From Eledone cirrhosa (lineage: Eukaryota): a DNA stretch of 64,000 nucleotides. A program made the position numbers and the translations under genes. This document shows, piece by piece, positions 25,824 to 39,016 of the stretch (position 1 is the stretch's first letter; each line of letters begins with the position of its first letter). The notes beneath the pieces were generated by a model. It was not told where the DNA came from and searched no databases. It saw only the letters and a list, made by a program, of their open reading frames with translations. The DNA lies in NCBI GenBank assembly GCA_964016885.1, contig OZ024740.1:287618001-287682000 (forward strand), written 5' to 3'.

Positions 25824-27459
25824 CCTGAGACTGGTGCAAAGAATTAATTCTTAGAATAAAGACATGATCCAATTCTTGCAACAGAGTGTGCTTTGTTAAA
25901 AGTTCCCAAGGACCAAGTAGTAGTGTTAAAGCTAAGATGATTTGAACTCAGGATTTTTATTTTTATTCAAAAGGTTCCAACACTCTACCCTCTCAGTTAC
26001 TATTTTCAAAAAATTTATGTTGGTACAGCAAGTTGTCATTTTATAAATAACATATATAGAAATGAGGTATTCATTGGCGTAATTAGACAGGCATTTGACA
26101 AGGTTACCGAGTTTCTGATGCATGCTATTTCATGACAGCAATAGCAGCCTGTGAAATTACAACTAAGTGGTCAATGTCAACTTCATAATTCCTCATTCAG
26201 TCCATGTAGCTATAAATAGGCAGTTCAGAGTTGTTGGTGCAGCTTAATGCAGTAAATAACAGGGAGACAATATAATTGTTAAGTATTTTTGGTGATTTGA
26301 GATACCAAGTGTAAATCCTACAACTTTCCTAAATTTAACTGTTAACCATCTATTGATGATATCTATTATTAAACTGTTAATATATCCTATTTAAATCAGA
26401 TTGACTTTTTTTTTATCACATATTCCTTGGCTTATATTCGAGTATATACTGCAGTACATTGTATTTTATCCTTGTTATGCACTATTATACATATTTACGG
26501 GGTCGATAAAATAAAGTACCAGTAATGCACTGAGTAATTGCTGGCCTTGTGCCTAAAGTAGAAACAATTATACATATTTACCAATATATTTCATTTTTTT
26601 TCTTTCAACAGTTTATTATTTCATTTTATCTAACAACAAATACAGATTATAATGAAACAACTTATATTAATATAAACACACACAGGTATATTTTACAGAT
26701 AGTATTTTATAACAGGGCTCGGGTGGGATTAGAATTGTTTTTATGTCTTGCAGGACAAAGCAAATATATGAAACTATATTCATACAAAGCTATGGAAATG
26801 GTTTGCTTTTTTAAATTACTTTAATGGTTTTCATTATAAGAAATACAGTTTAGAAATAGAGAAAAAGAAAGGAGGTAGAGAATTGTTGCATAATGAATGC
26901 CAAGAGAAAATGTGTATGTGTGTGCACAGAACTATGAATGGTCATAACATGTACGTCTTATCTCAAGGAATAACAATACTCTACATCATATATTCAGTAT
27001 TTTGAATAAATAATGTAACTGTAATGTATATATGCATGTGTGTCAACTGGCAATATGTCATACTGCAAAAGACTCATCTTCTTGCACAAACATGGTGAAA
27101 TGCAAGAAATAGAGAATTAGACAGGCCCAACCCTCCTGTCCGCCTTATATCCCCACTTCTCAAACACCCTTCCCACACACACACATACTTCATCTCCAAC
27201 TCCTCTCCTCTAACCAGGATAGTATAGAAAGAAAAAGAAGTGTTCCCACCCCAACCCATATTGTGCTCACCCTCCACTCTACATCATCCCCAAATCACTT
27301 CCCTGTACAATCCATGCCAGCAAGGAAGATGTACTCCCTCTATCTCACCCACATACCTGATTCACTCCCATATCCAGCCCATTCCAGCATGGAAAGCCAG
27401 GCACACCTCCCACAAGATCTACCTTTCTAATTCCCATGCACCTCCTCCACCCCAATCCC

Positions 27460-27790
27460 AAGTCCACACTGTAAAGGGGTCGTTTTTGGTGCCATGACAA
27501 ACAACACCCAGAACACACTATATAGTGATCATGTAAGTGTCATGACAAAAAGCACCCAGTCCACACTGTATAGTGGTCATGTAAGTGTCACGACAAAAAG
27601 CACCCAGTCCACACTGTATAGTGGTCATGTAGGTGTTACAATAAAAAGCACACAGTACACACTATATAGTGGTCATGTAGGTGTTACAATAAAAATCACC
27701 CAGTACACACTATATAGTGGTCATGTAGGTGTTACAATAAAAATCACCCAGTACACACTGTAAATGTGGTTGGCATTAGGAAGGGCATTC
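27460..27790 (+). repeat. 48-bp tandem array (about 6 units) of the RTE 3' UTR
   Basis: CACCCAGTCCACACTGTATAGTGGTCATGTAAGTGTCAYGACAAAAAG units followed by GGTTGGCATTAGGAAGGGCAT. Confidence 0.85.
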
Positions 27791-28563
27791 AATATAACAT
27801 CTGATGTAAGTCACTCTCTTCTAGGCCACCCCCAGGACCTGACATGTCCTCTCCCACAGCCATATGACCCACACATTGCTAATTTGGTCACCCAGGTAAC
27901 AAAAGCTGTCATATATCATCTTTGCTTAACTCTGCTAGCAAGAGTTAGACATGTTGTCATAGACCACATGCATTTTATCATGGCATCAACACTAGGGAAG
28001 ACAGTGTGTAACCCTTTGTTTTGCAAGTTTTCTACAACTGGATGCCCTTCGTATAAACAACCACTTTGCAGAAGTGCATTGGGTGATCTTTTATCATGTG
28101 GATCACCATATAAATAGAAACAACATAGAGTAACACAAAATCTTTAGTCTTGCAGAGTGCAAAGCAACCTCATTAGTGCTGGTACCAGGATAAAATGCAC
28201 CTAGTACACTTTGTTAAGGTGTTAGTGCTAGGAAGGTTATCCAGTCATAGAAACCATTCCAAAAAAGGAACATACATGCATAATATTTTCCTCAGACCTG
28301 TCAGTAACTCTTAACAATTGATATGGACTTCGATGACCTGGACCAATCTATGCTAACATGCCCCTCCTTCTCCTGGGATAAAGTAAAATTATGATAATTA
28401 TGATAATGTAAAATTATGATAATATATATGTTACATGATAAGCAGATATACATTAGACACAAATACAGATATACATACATACAGATGTACATTTCATGAA
28501 TCATTTTACTATTTATCTGCTTAGCCTATTTTGTTTCTTCTTCAGCAGAATGTTATAACTTAC

Positions 28564-28650
28564 CTTAACCAACAGGCCATAAATTAGTAGGACCAGGGTT
28601 ACACATAGTTGCCAGCAAGGCTTTTGTTTTCCTATTATCATACACGAAGC
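28564..28650 (-). CDS. candidate host exon (87 nt, ASCMIIGKQKPCWQLCVTLVLLIYGLLVK)
   Basis: Minus strand: acceptor TGTTACAG, consensus donor AAG|GTAAGT, open frame, non-repetitive sequence; no homology recognised. Confidence 0.35.
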
Positions 28651-29126
28651 CTGTAACACTAGTTCTGTGAGTTATTTGACACAATGAATTTAGTATTTTG
28701 AAATATGTTTTGTGTTATTGTATAAAGATATATCACTGCTTTATTAGTATGATAATGTACATCTATGTGTAAAGTCAATGTAATATACAGTGTGCAATAA
28801 TATTGCTTTGGTTGGGTGGCAATTTTGTTGCTTTGGTGAACTAGTTTTGTTTTGTTGTTTGATATTAGTGTATCAGTGAGGTATATCTGTTTACTCATTT
28901 GATAATGTTGTTGGTTTATTGTTATGTCACTGTTTTGTTAGAGTGATATTGATATTGTTGTCTCCTTGTGATATCTTGTTTTGCTATCTGGATGATACTA
29001 TTGTTACATCAGAAGAATATGTTTTTCGCCAACACTACACCTGATATTCCCCCTCCATACACACGCACACGTGTGTATGTCTGTGTGTATATCATGACTC
29101 ATACACTGTTCACTTTCCTCACATTT

Positions 29127-29260
29127 ACGGCCCTTTACGATCCGAGTTCAAATCCCGCCAAGATTAACTTTGCCTTTCATCCTTACGAGGTCGATAAAAT
29201 TAAGTACGAGTAATGCACTGGGATAATTGCTGGCCTTGTGCCAAAAGTAGAAACAATTAT
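29127..29260 (+). mobile_element. SINE family A, 5'-truncated
   Basis: B box, shared core and ...GTAGAAACAATTATT tail. Confidence 0.8.
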
Positions 29261-29856
29261 TCTATGTACTGTACATGCACCTTCGATGAGTTGTAGTGCA
29301 CCTGAGCACTGTACACAATAATTTTCATTATTTTATATATGTTAAACAGATAGTATTGTTGTGGTTGGTATATAATGTGCCAAGCATGACATATATGCTT
29401 AACCTTTTGAATACAAACTATTCTGATTCTATGATACAAAGTTTTAGATTTTATTTTAAAGTGTTTGGATTTATTTAAAAGTCTTCCATCATAATTTTAA
29501 GTTTCAAACACTATAGTAATAATGAGAAATATAGTTTTATTACTAAATCCTTCCCAATTTTTTTATTATTTTCAAAATTATTTGAAAATTATAGGCAGTG
29601 TCTTTCATTAGAATATGGTAGTGAAAGGTTTGAACTAATATTTAGCTTTCAAGACTTGAAAGTCAGAATAGCACAACTTACTTTCATTAGTATTTCTTTT
29701 TAATTCAAATGAATATATTCACAGAGATAACAGGCTATCATTTGAAAATATAGAGGCTCATACCTTATTTCATTGCTCCAGCATTGTGTTCCAGGTGAAA
29801 ATACTTAACTGTAAATAGTTTAAATAGTTTAAGTGGGTATTATTTACAGATGTATT

Positions 29857-30035
29857 GGCAATAACGGTAGAGGGTCGGACGCCATGCTTTGACGTATAGA
29901 GTTACGGCCCTTGCCATTCTGAGTCCAAATCCCGCCGAGGTTAACTTTGCCTTTCATCCTTATGGGGTTGATAAAATAAAGTACCAGTAATACACTGGGT
30001 AATTGCTGGCCTTGTGCCAAAACTAGAAACAATTA
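29857..30035 (+). mobile_element. SINE family A, near full length with TSD
   Basis: A/B boxes, core and tail; direct repeat ATTATTTACAGATGTATT at 29839-29856 and 30032-30049. Confidence 0.88.
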
Positions 30036-30612
30036 TTTACAGATGTATTTCATCTCTATACATAGTTGGACTCTAGTATGAACTTATAAGGATTCCATTG
30101 CATGCAATGCTGGGCTCAAATGATGCCAGAGACTAAGAAAGTATAATATAAAACCAGAAAGTCACTCCAGTATAGCCTCTCTTTAATCCTGACAAAATAT
30201 GATGTCTTTAATGGTGTCTCAATACATTATTAAGTTATGAGAAAACATAACTGATAACAGTCAAATACACACACACACCCACACACTAACACACACACAA
30301 TATACTAGTATATAGTGAGTGTGAAAACCACAATCAATTGAAATTATCTTCACAATTTAAAGAAAAAATTTCCTTTGTCTGGATGTTAAAATCTAAAAGC
30401 AGCAAGCAAGGGTGAAAACTTCTACAATATCAACTAATCCAAACTTTTTGTAACATTTAAAAAATGCAGTGGCAGTGGACCTTCTTTTTATAGCCAACTG
30501 TGAAAACAACAGATATGTTTTGATCTTGTTAGATCTCATCAGTGAAATATTTTAGCTAACAGCTTGTTTGACTTAAAATGGTAGAATTATATACAGGAAA
30601 GGGGAGAAGCAA

Positions 30613-31920
30613 TCATCATCATCATCCCTGTTTAACGTCCTTTTTTTCCATGCAAGTGTGGATTAGACGAATTGTCCTGTTGTGAGATAAGCCAGATCAG
30701 ATGACCATGTCTAGCTCATACCAAAATGATTTTGGCTTGGTTTCTACAGCTGGATGCCCTTCCTAATGCCAACCACATTTACAGTGAATACTGGGTGCTT
30801 TTTATCATGACACCTACATGACCACTTTACAGTGTGGACTGGGCACATTTTGTCATGTCACCAACACAACAACTTTAAGTGTGGATTGGGTGCTTTTTGT
30901 CATGGCACCAAACTTTACGGTATGGACTTGAGGCTGGGGTGGGGATAGAAGAGGTAAATCTAAGGTGGATGTAAGAACATGGATGAAGTATGAGGTGTTA
31001 GAACGAGGGAGAGTAAGGTAGGGGAAAGTGGTGTGTACTAGATGGATGCTTCAACCCGTGCACATGTGAAGGCAGATTTTCTGTATTACTGCATAATGCC
31101 AGAGATCTCGGTCCTGTGCCATTATCTTTATGAGGTGCAATTATGCAAGGTCAGCCTTTATTACCTCAACCTAAGACTTCCTAGGTCTTCCTACTCCATA
31201 GATTCCATCAAATTTGAGTGCCTTGCACCTTTTTATCCAGCTGTCATCCTTCATAAGCATCACATGTCTATCCAATCCAATTTCCTCTTTTGCACACTGC
31301 ATCTGACCTCTCTTATGTCCTGTTTCTCTCTTGGTTCATTTATGCTTTGCCATTCATGTATATTATTATTACACATCCATCGAAGCATGCCAGCTTCATT
31401 ACTTTCCAAACTTTGCAGGTCCAGAGGTCTCACTAACATGCAATATTGCTAGTTGTATACATGCATCATACAATCTGCCCTTCATTTTGAGGGGAAAACC
31501 TTTTGTAGCTAGCAGTCTGAACTTTTTCCATCCAATCCTCACTCTGGCTACTGTACTTTTGGAACATCCTACTCCACTGCTAATTTGGTCACCCAGGTAA
31601 CAAGCTGTCAACTGCTTCCACGGAACTTTTGAAGAATTTGAGGGTGCTTGTTTTCTGAAAGCAATTTCTGCTTGCTGCTCCTATGCAACAGCAACATATC
31701 AAACCTATGTTCTTAGCTAACTTACTTTGGATCCCACTACATCTCTTGTGTACCAATAGGTTGCATTTGGGACAGAGGATGAAATTTCTACCCACCCCTT
31801 TCCTACACACTGAGTAGGGCCATTTCTCTAAGGGAGGAATGGGTTTTTCTTACTTACTAGGAATTTAGTTTTTGCCAAGTTGACTTTTAGCCCTTTTGAT
31901 TCCAGGTTGTGCTTCCAGTT
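30613..31920 (-). mobile_element. older RTE (PHD-type) LINE fragment
   Basis: Minus-strand CRKGVGRNFILCPKCNLLVHKRC, YLGDQISSGVGCS, UTR repeats and tail. Confidence 0.88.
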
Positions 31921-32923
31921 TTAATTTCAGAAAAAAGAAAGAAGAAGCTCTTAGGTGTTGTGATTGCAAGAAATTGAACTGAACAACAAATCGCTGAAGT
32001 TGTTTTGAAAAAAAATTCAACGACTTAATTCTAACATGGGCATAATCAACTTGAGATGATTGGCAAAAGTTTGCAAAATGAACACCCTAGTGTTGATGCC
32101 ATGATAAAATGTTCTCAGTAGAGTGCAAGATGGTATGTCAGATCCCTGACCTACTTGGAGGTCGGTAGTTCTATTTGAGTACTGACCTGTCTGTGTTGAC
32201 ACATCCAACCTTTGTTAGCAGGGAAAAAGACGATGATGATGATGACTAAAAATGTTCAGTTGGTTTTAGTCATAACAGCCAAGGTCATGCTGGATCAAAG
32301 CCTTTTTTTTTTATATACAATCTAACTGAATATTTCATATTCAAGTTGAATAAAGTTATTGAACTGTTGATGCTTTGTCTTCATTATAGTTGGTCAGAAC
32401 GTTTGCAAATATGAATCATAAAAGAAAGGCTGACAACATATATGTATACATACACACATATATGTATACACACCCATATGTATATATATATATATACACA
32501 CACGTGTATGGGGGGGTATCTATATATATATATTTATATATATATATATTTATATATATATATATACATCACGCATGAATAAATTCACACAAACACATAC
32601 ACACATACATAATATATATTTCTCTTGCATTATATTCCTACCATTTCCTTTTGTATTTTTTGATCTTGTATACCGTTTTTGTCCAAACTTCTAAACTCAA
32701 CTGAATAGACTAAAACATTCTTTTTCATACTTAAACGTGAATTATTAATATCATATTTGATCTATTTACCAACAGTTAAACACATTTCTTAAAATGTTTA
32801 TATAAACACTACCCATTTACTGTATTATTTTAGGGAAAGAGGTTTGCTATAGTTTGAGTCTGAGCTGATTTCAGTTGTATTTTTTTTTTGTCCAAAACCT
32901 CCAATTTTTCAAGATTATTACTT

Positions 32924-33110
32924 GTGGATTGGCAGTATCGGTAGAGGGTTGGACACTATGCCTTGACGCATAGAGTTACGGCCCTTGCCATTTTGAGTTC
33001 GAATCCCGCCAAGGTTAACTTTGCCTTTCATCCTTACGGGGTCGATAAAATAAAGTACCAGTAATGCACTAGTTAATTGCTGGCCTTGTGCCAAAAAGTA
33101 GAAACAATTA
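32924..33110 (+). mobile_element. SINE family A, full length with TSD
   Basis: A/B boxes and core; ATTATTACTT at 32914-32923 and 33107-33116. Confidence 0.85.
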
Positions 33111-33114
33111 TTAC

Positions 33115-33330
33115 TTAAATCTTTAGCATTTAAACCAGCCACATCTGGCCAAAATTCTCTCACCTCTTTCTGTTCAAATTGACTGTGCATAATGACATTA
33201 AGGTATATTGTTCTCAAAATAAATAATATCAAAATCTTGTAGATTCGATATTATATGAGATAATTATGTAAAGCCTTTACTGTGAAAATACAATAGTAAA
33301 TATAGAATAATGTGAATGTTAAAGGGTTAA
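33115..33330. mobile_element. piggyBac-like MITE copy 4 (opposite orientation)
   Basis: Reverse complement of the 260-468 family; ends AAAGGG-TTAA. Confidence 0.7.
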
Positions 33331-34129
33331 ACACCAGGAAACTTCTACATCTCAAACCCACCTAGAAACAGCAAATTTATCCTAAATTATACTGTACCAT
33401 CTTAACCATTCCGTAACCACATTCATGATGAATTACACTCTATTTCAATTAATTAATGAAGAATTTTGAAGGATTTACTAAAACCATTAATTATTTCATT
33501 ACCAAGATAGTAACTTAACATATGGTTCTTATATAAAATTATGTTGGAAAATTTTAATCTAAATAGAAACCCTTTAAAAGGGGTGGTTTGGCTTCATAGA
33601 ACCAGAGCCAATTTTGGCCAGGTTGGTATCAAAAAGGTTAAAGAAAAAATATTTAAGACTACATTGGATTACTTAGAATTAGATACAAGATGTCTGATAA
33701 AACAAAATGGAAATGATCATGGCTGGAATACTTTTGATCAGAAGTATGCTCCAATAGGCAAAGTCATTAGAGAACGGAACAAAATGCCTTGCAGTATTTG
33801 TTCGAGCGCTCTACAGTCTGAGTTCAAATCCAACATAGTCCGACTTTGCCTTTCATTCTTTTGTGGTCAATAAAGATATCTTGCAGTATTTATACTGACT
33901 CTTTGATTCCTAAGTTTAGATCCTGCTATGGCGTACTTGGGTGATAGACAATCCATCACCCAGGTTAACACTACCATTCAGCCCTTGGGTGCTTTTAGAA
34001 GAGTCCACTCTGTTGTAAGTATTAGAAGGAGGTTTTCAGTTTGAAGATAATTTCCTTCCTCCTTCTCAACAAGCTCGGAGACCCAGTAAAGAATCCTGTG
34101 CACTGCCCATCCCTCCTTGACCAAACAGT

Positions 34130-34600
34130 CATCATCATCATTTTATGCTCATTTTCCACACTGGGATGAGCTGCCATGGTCTGTGACCAGATGAGTCAGA
34201 ATGACCTCTCTTGCTCATGCATCTCATATTGAACATGCTAAGATAAGAGTCACAATAATATTGTTCAAGACTAGACTAAGCTTAATTATCCATTCACAAA
34301 CTCTGAATAACTCACTTATCGTATCTACCCATCTCTCAGCTAATAGCATGCCCACCCCACCCACACCATTGTTTTTTTCTACACAGTATAACTTATACTT
34401 ATGTTTCTTGTCCACAAGGAATCTACCCAAAGCTGCCCACTATCTTATCTCTTACATACAACACACATCTACATGCCTCTACTCAAGCATCTCAACAATT
34501 TCTCTGGGCCTACTTTTTATTATATAAACATTAAATGTTGCAACCTGGAAGTTTTAAACCTGACATGGAGGTGCCTTGGACTTGTACATCTTTTGCACAT
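34130..34600 (-). pseudogene. internally deleted RTE LINE: AP-endonuclease N-terminal remnant joined to 3' tail
   Basis: YKLYCVEKNNGVGGVGMLLAERWV...IIKLSLVL resembles the RTE APE domain; RTE-type tail at 34130-34220. Confidence 0.6.
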
Positions 34601-37388
34601 GAAAAAAGATTATTTGCAATTGCTTACCAACTGAGAGTAAGCTCTTGCACATGGTCAGATGTTTCTATTTAAAGACTATTGTAATCACTAATTACAATGT
34701 AACCCATCTGGCTGGGACAAGCATGTGCAGATGTCTAGGCAGGCACTAAATAGACCTCAACTAGGAGTGCTGTGCTAGCAAATATGTACACTTTTATATA
34801 TCCATGCATGTAATATGTGTATATATGTACATGTGTATATGCACATGTATGCAGATATCATCTTTCTTTAAAGTCTCTTTTTCTCGATAGCAAGGGCTGG
34901 ACAGGTTGTCACAGGCTAGGTTAATACTCAAGCGAAGATACTAATTTCTCAGATGGTCTGATGGGTTGCTTCTCAATTACATTCCCACACTCTATGGATT
35001 GCTCAGATGGGACAGGAGCCCACAGATGCAGTCAATATAAACCATTGTATCGATATGCCACAACTCAAGTGCATGCAAAGGAGTGCATGATGAAAGCCCA
35101 CATACATGTGTGTACATGTCAACCAATATAAACTTGTACATGCACACATATGCAGCCACAGTCATAGCTATAAACTACATAAAGCTTGTGTGTACAATTG
35201 TGATTTTATAAGCTGGAGAGAGAAGTTGTAGGCTTTGAAGCAGCTTTTCATAAAAGTTTTTGTAAATATTTATGTATATATTCTATTCATTGCAGGAGAG
35301 AAAAAGATTTTCTTTAGTCTGAGTCCAGAAACTGGTTTCAGTTTTTGATTGAAGCCAATCTATATGAAAAAGGCATAAATGTTACACACTCTCATTTCCC
35401 AATCTTGAAAAAGAATATGCCACAACTACAATATTGGGTCAACGAGGGAGCCACAGCTCAGTCACTCAACCTCCTACTATTTGAAAAAAATGATAATGTA
35501 ATCTGAATGAAAGATAGAATTGTTACAGATGGCTATCTAATCATAGATCTAGATGATCTTGGCTACACTGGAGCTAAACAACAACAAAAATAATATATAC
35601 TGTATACAAGTTATAATCTATATAATATACTGGATACAATATATATATATATATGTGTGTGTGTGTATAAGTATAAAGGATGATGTGCTCAAGTGCAGAG
35701 ATGCTATAAAATAACTTATAAAATAGAGTAGAGACCCTTAAAAGATGGAAAAAGAAGTTGCTAACTACTGTCATAAGGAAATGAACCCCATATCTCTCAG
35801 ACACCAACTAGGCGCTTCAACTATTAAGCCAAGGAGTTATGACAACTCTTCCTCTGTCTTTTTTTTAACTAGATAACTGGACAATAGCTTTCAGATGTCA
35901 GAAGACAGGCAGGCAGAATAACAGAGACACATCCGTGTGGAAACAAACAATGTATAAAGGTGAATTTTCGTCTTTTTAAGTGCTGAGAATATCTGTTTCA
36001 TACATTGTGTGTGTGTGTTTCATCATTATGGGTTAAACACACCAAATGACTGTCTTGCTTATATGTTGTTTTGCCATGGTTTCCACAGTTGGATGTCCTT
36101 CATAACGTCACCTGTATCACAGTATGCACTATTTAGTTTCTCAAGGTACACCCACTTCCGTCTGATTGGGTGGATAGGTGCTTTTTTCATGATACCAACA
36201 CTACCACTTTAGTGTGGACTGGGTGCATTTTATCATGGCACAAGCACTATCATTTCACAGAGTGGATTGGGTGTATTTTAGCATGACACCAACACTTCCA
36301 TTTTCCACATTTTATTGTGACACCAACACTTCCATTTTCCACATTTTATTGTGAAACCAGCACTGTCATATTTCAACATATTTCAACACTTGACATTGTG
36401 AGTTGTTGGGGAGAGGGCAAGAAGAGAGTAAGTGTTGGGTTGTAGGGTGGTCTTGGGGAAAAAGAGAGTGAGAGAGCAGCATTTGGTAGTAGAGTGGATG
36501 TGCATCATTCTGGCACAGGTAGGATGGGAGAGGGGGAGTCAAGAATATGAATAAAGAGAAGACTAAGGTGGGGGAAGATCGAGTATGCAAGGAGGAGACC
36601 AGGTGGGAGGAATAGATAGTGAAGAGGGGACAACAGCGGGGAGACAGCTTAAATATTGTTACATCTTTCTGCCTTTTACAACCTTGCTCCACATGCACAT
36701 TTCATCTTGCTTGTGTAGAATTGTAAGTCTTCTTTAATACAGCATATTACCAGTTGACTTGATTCTGTATCATTTTGTACTGTGGATGAGAGGGTTTATT
36801 ATCTATGAGATTTTGAAAATTGTTCAGTTTATCAAGATAAAGTAAGATTTCCAGAAATCGTTTCCAGCTTTCTTTGATATATCAGAAAATTAGGGAACCC
36901 TACACCAGAAAAATCCCTGAGTCAAAATAAACAGAGTTGCAGAGAACAAACCATGCCAAATGTCAATGTTTACCCATTCTACATATCACTGTAGTAATTC
37001 AGCAACAAAGCAGCAATGTATCAATAAAGAAATGTATTTTAAAACCAAATACAAATGAAAATTAATCTTGTGCTTCAGCTAACATATGACACTGGATCTC
37101 ATTCATATTGAAACTAGAGTTGAGTCCTTTGTCATTACAACATAAGAGCCAGCAAAGAAATATCCAACTGTGTCCTTTGTCAAAGAAAAGATGTAAGTGA
37201 TACATAATGGCACATGTTAAAAATATTCAACATAAAGATATAACCTTAAACCACAAACCCTCCATCTCAATTCTACTTTTGAAAAGCACAAGAACTGCGA
37301 AACTGGTAAAGGAACCAAATAAATATATTTAAAAAAAAAAGACTCCAGTTGCATTTTCGATTTCATCTTTTTTCCTTATATATATATA

Positions 37389-37762
37389 TCATCATCATCA
37401 TCATCACCGTTTTACGTCCGTTCTTCCACGCTAGCATGGGTTAGACGGGTTGTCCTGTTGTGGGTAGTGTCTGGTCGGCTGACCATGCCTTGCTCATACA
37501 GGAACTGATGTGTAACAGTAATATACGTGAACGACAAAGCATAAATGAATTGAGAGAGAGACTGAGCATAAGAGGAATCAAATGCTGTGTGCAGGAGAGG
37601 CGGTTGCGCTGGTATGGACATGTGATGCGTATGAAGGATGACAGCTGCATAAAAAGGTGCAGAGCACTAGAAGTTGATGGAAACTGCGGAGTGGGGAGAC
37701 CCAAGATGACCTGGGATGAAGTGATAAAAGCCGACCTTACCCAATTACACCTCCCAAAGGCA
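37389..37762. mobile_element. RTE fragment with inversion (minus-strand tail joined to plus-strand coding piece)
   Basis: 37389-37508 is the 3' tail on minus; 37507-37762 encodes MCNSNIRERQ...HLPKA on plus. Confidence 0.85.
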
Positions 37763-38066
37763 ATATTATTAGTACAGAATTTAAAATTTAAGCAATAAAT
37801 TTCTGCTTTCACCCTAAGTGGGATCATCTGAAACAGATATATAAAGAAAGAGAGAGAGGAGTAGGGGGGGGGGGGGTTATTTCTGCTCTGAACAGCTGCT
37901 GAACCTTTACAAGACATGTGTACCTTCCCTACATTGCATTGGAGTAATGCTTATATATCTGGTACAAGGCAGCTGCTACACCCTCAAACATCCTAGACTA
38001 CATCAAAACATGCCTGATAAACTTTCACTAATTGACACACAGATATTCGTCCCCTCCCAACCTATC

Positions 38067-38331
38067 TCTACTACTACTACTACTACTGGTACTACTGCTT
38101 CTGCTGATGCTATTACTACTACTACTACTATTACTACTGCTGCTGCTGCTGCTGCTACTGCTACTACTACAACTACTACTACTACTACTATAACTACTAC
38201 TGTTGCTGCTACTACCACCACCACCACTACTACTGCTTCTGCTGCTCCTGCTACTACTACTACTGCTGCTGCTGCTGCTACCACTACTGCTGCTACTACT
38301 ACTACCACTGCTACTGTTGCTGCTGCTGTTA

Positions 38332-38375
<44 letters not shown>
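38067..38375. repeat. compound (ACT)n/(GCT)n trinucleotide microsatellite
   Basis: Directly visible; source of the poly-T/A/S/L/V ORFs. Confidence 0.95.
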
Positions 38376-38477
38376 AAAAGGAGTCAATGGGGTGCCTGTA
38401 TATTGTCACTTGACATACAAGAAATGACAGCCAAATCTCTCTTAAATCACACCTTACTTAAAGGAAAGAGTCATCAA

Positions 38478-38677
38478 ATAATTGTTTCTACTTTAGGCAC
38501 AAGGCCAGCAATTACCCAGTGCATTACTGGTACTTTATTTTATCGACCCCGTAAGGATGAAAGGCAAAGTCAACCTCGGCGGGATTTGAACTCAGATCGT
38601 AAAGGGACATAACTATGCTGGAAAGCATGGCGTCCGACCCTCTACCGATACTGCCAATCCACTGCCAATCCACCGCC
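38478..38677 (-). mobile_element. SINE family A, full length with 16-bp TSD
   Basis: AGAGTCATCAAATAAT at 38467-38482 and 38678-38693. Confidence 0.9.
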
Positions 38678-38825
38678 AGAGTCATCAAATAATGTAGTCC
38701 TAGATACACTATTCCTAAGATCATAGGCTGATCTAGGACTAAGCAAGAAATCCAACTAACACAACAACAGTTCTTGCCCCACTCCACTAGTAAGTAATGT
38801 ATCACTCCTACCTATGATCTACATC

Positions 38826-39011
38826 GGATTGGCAGTATCGGTAGAGTGTCAGACACCATTCTTTGCAGCATAGAGTTATGGCTCTTTACGTTCTGAGTTC
38901 AAATCCCACCGAGGTTAACTTTGCCTTTCATCCTTACGAGATCGATAAAATAAAGTACCAGTAATGCGCTGGGGTTATTGCTGGCCTTGTGCCCAAAGTA
39001 GAAACAATTAT
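38826..39011 (+). mobile_element. SINE family A
   Basis: GGATTGGCAGTATCGGTAGAG head, GAGTTCAAATCC, core and tail. Confidence 0.85.
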
Positions 39012-39016
39012 CATAA

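Noticed and set aside
37947-38612. Thr/Ala-rich mucin- or antifreeze-like ORF
   Set aside because: Trinucleotide microsatellite open in several frames and running into a SINE
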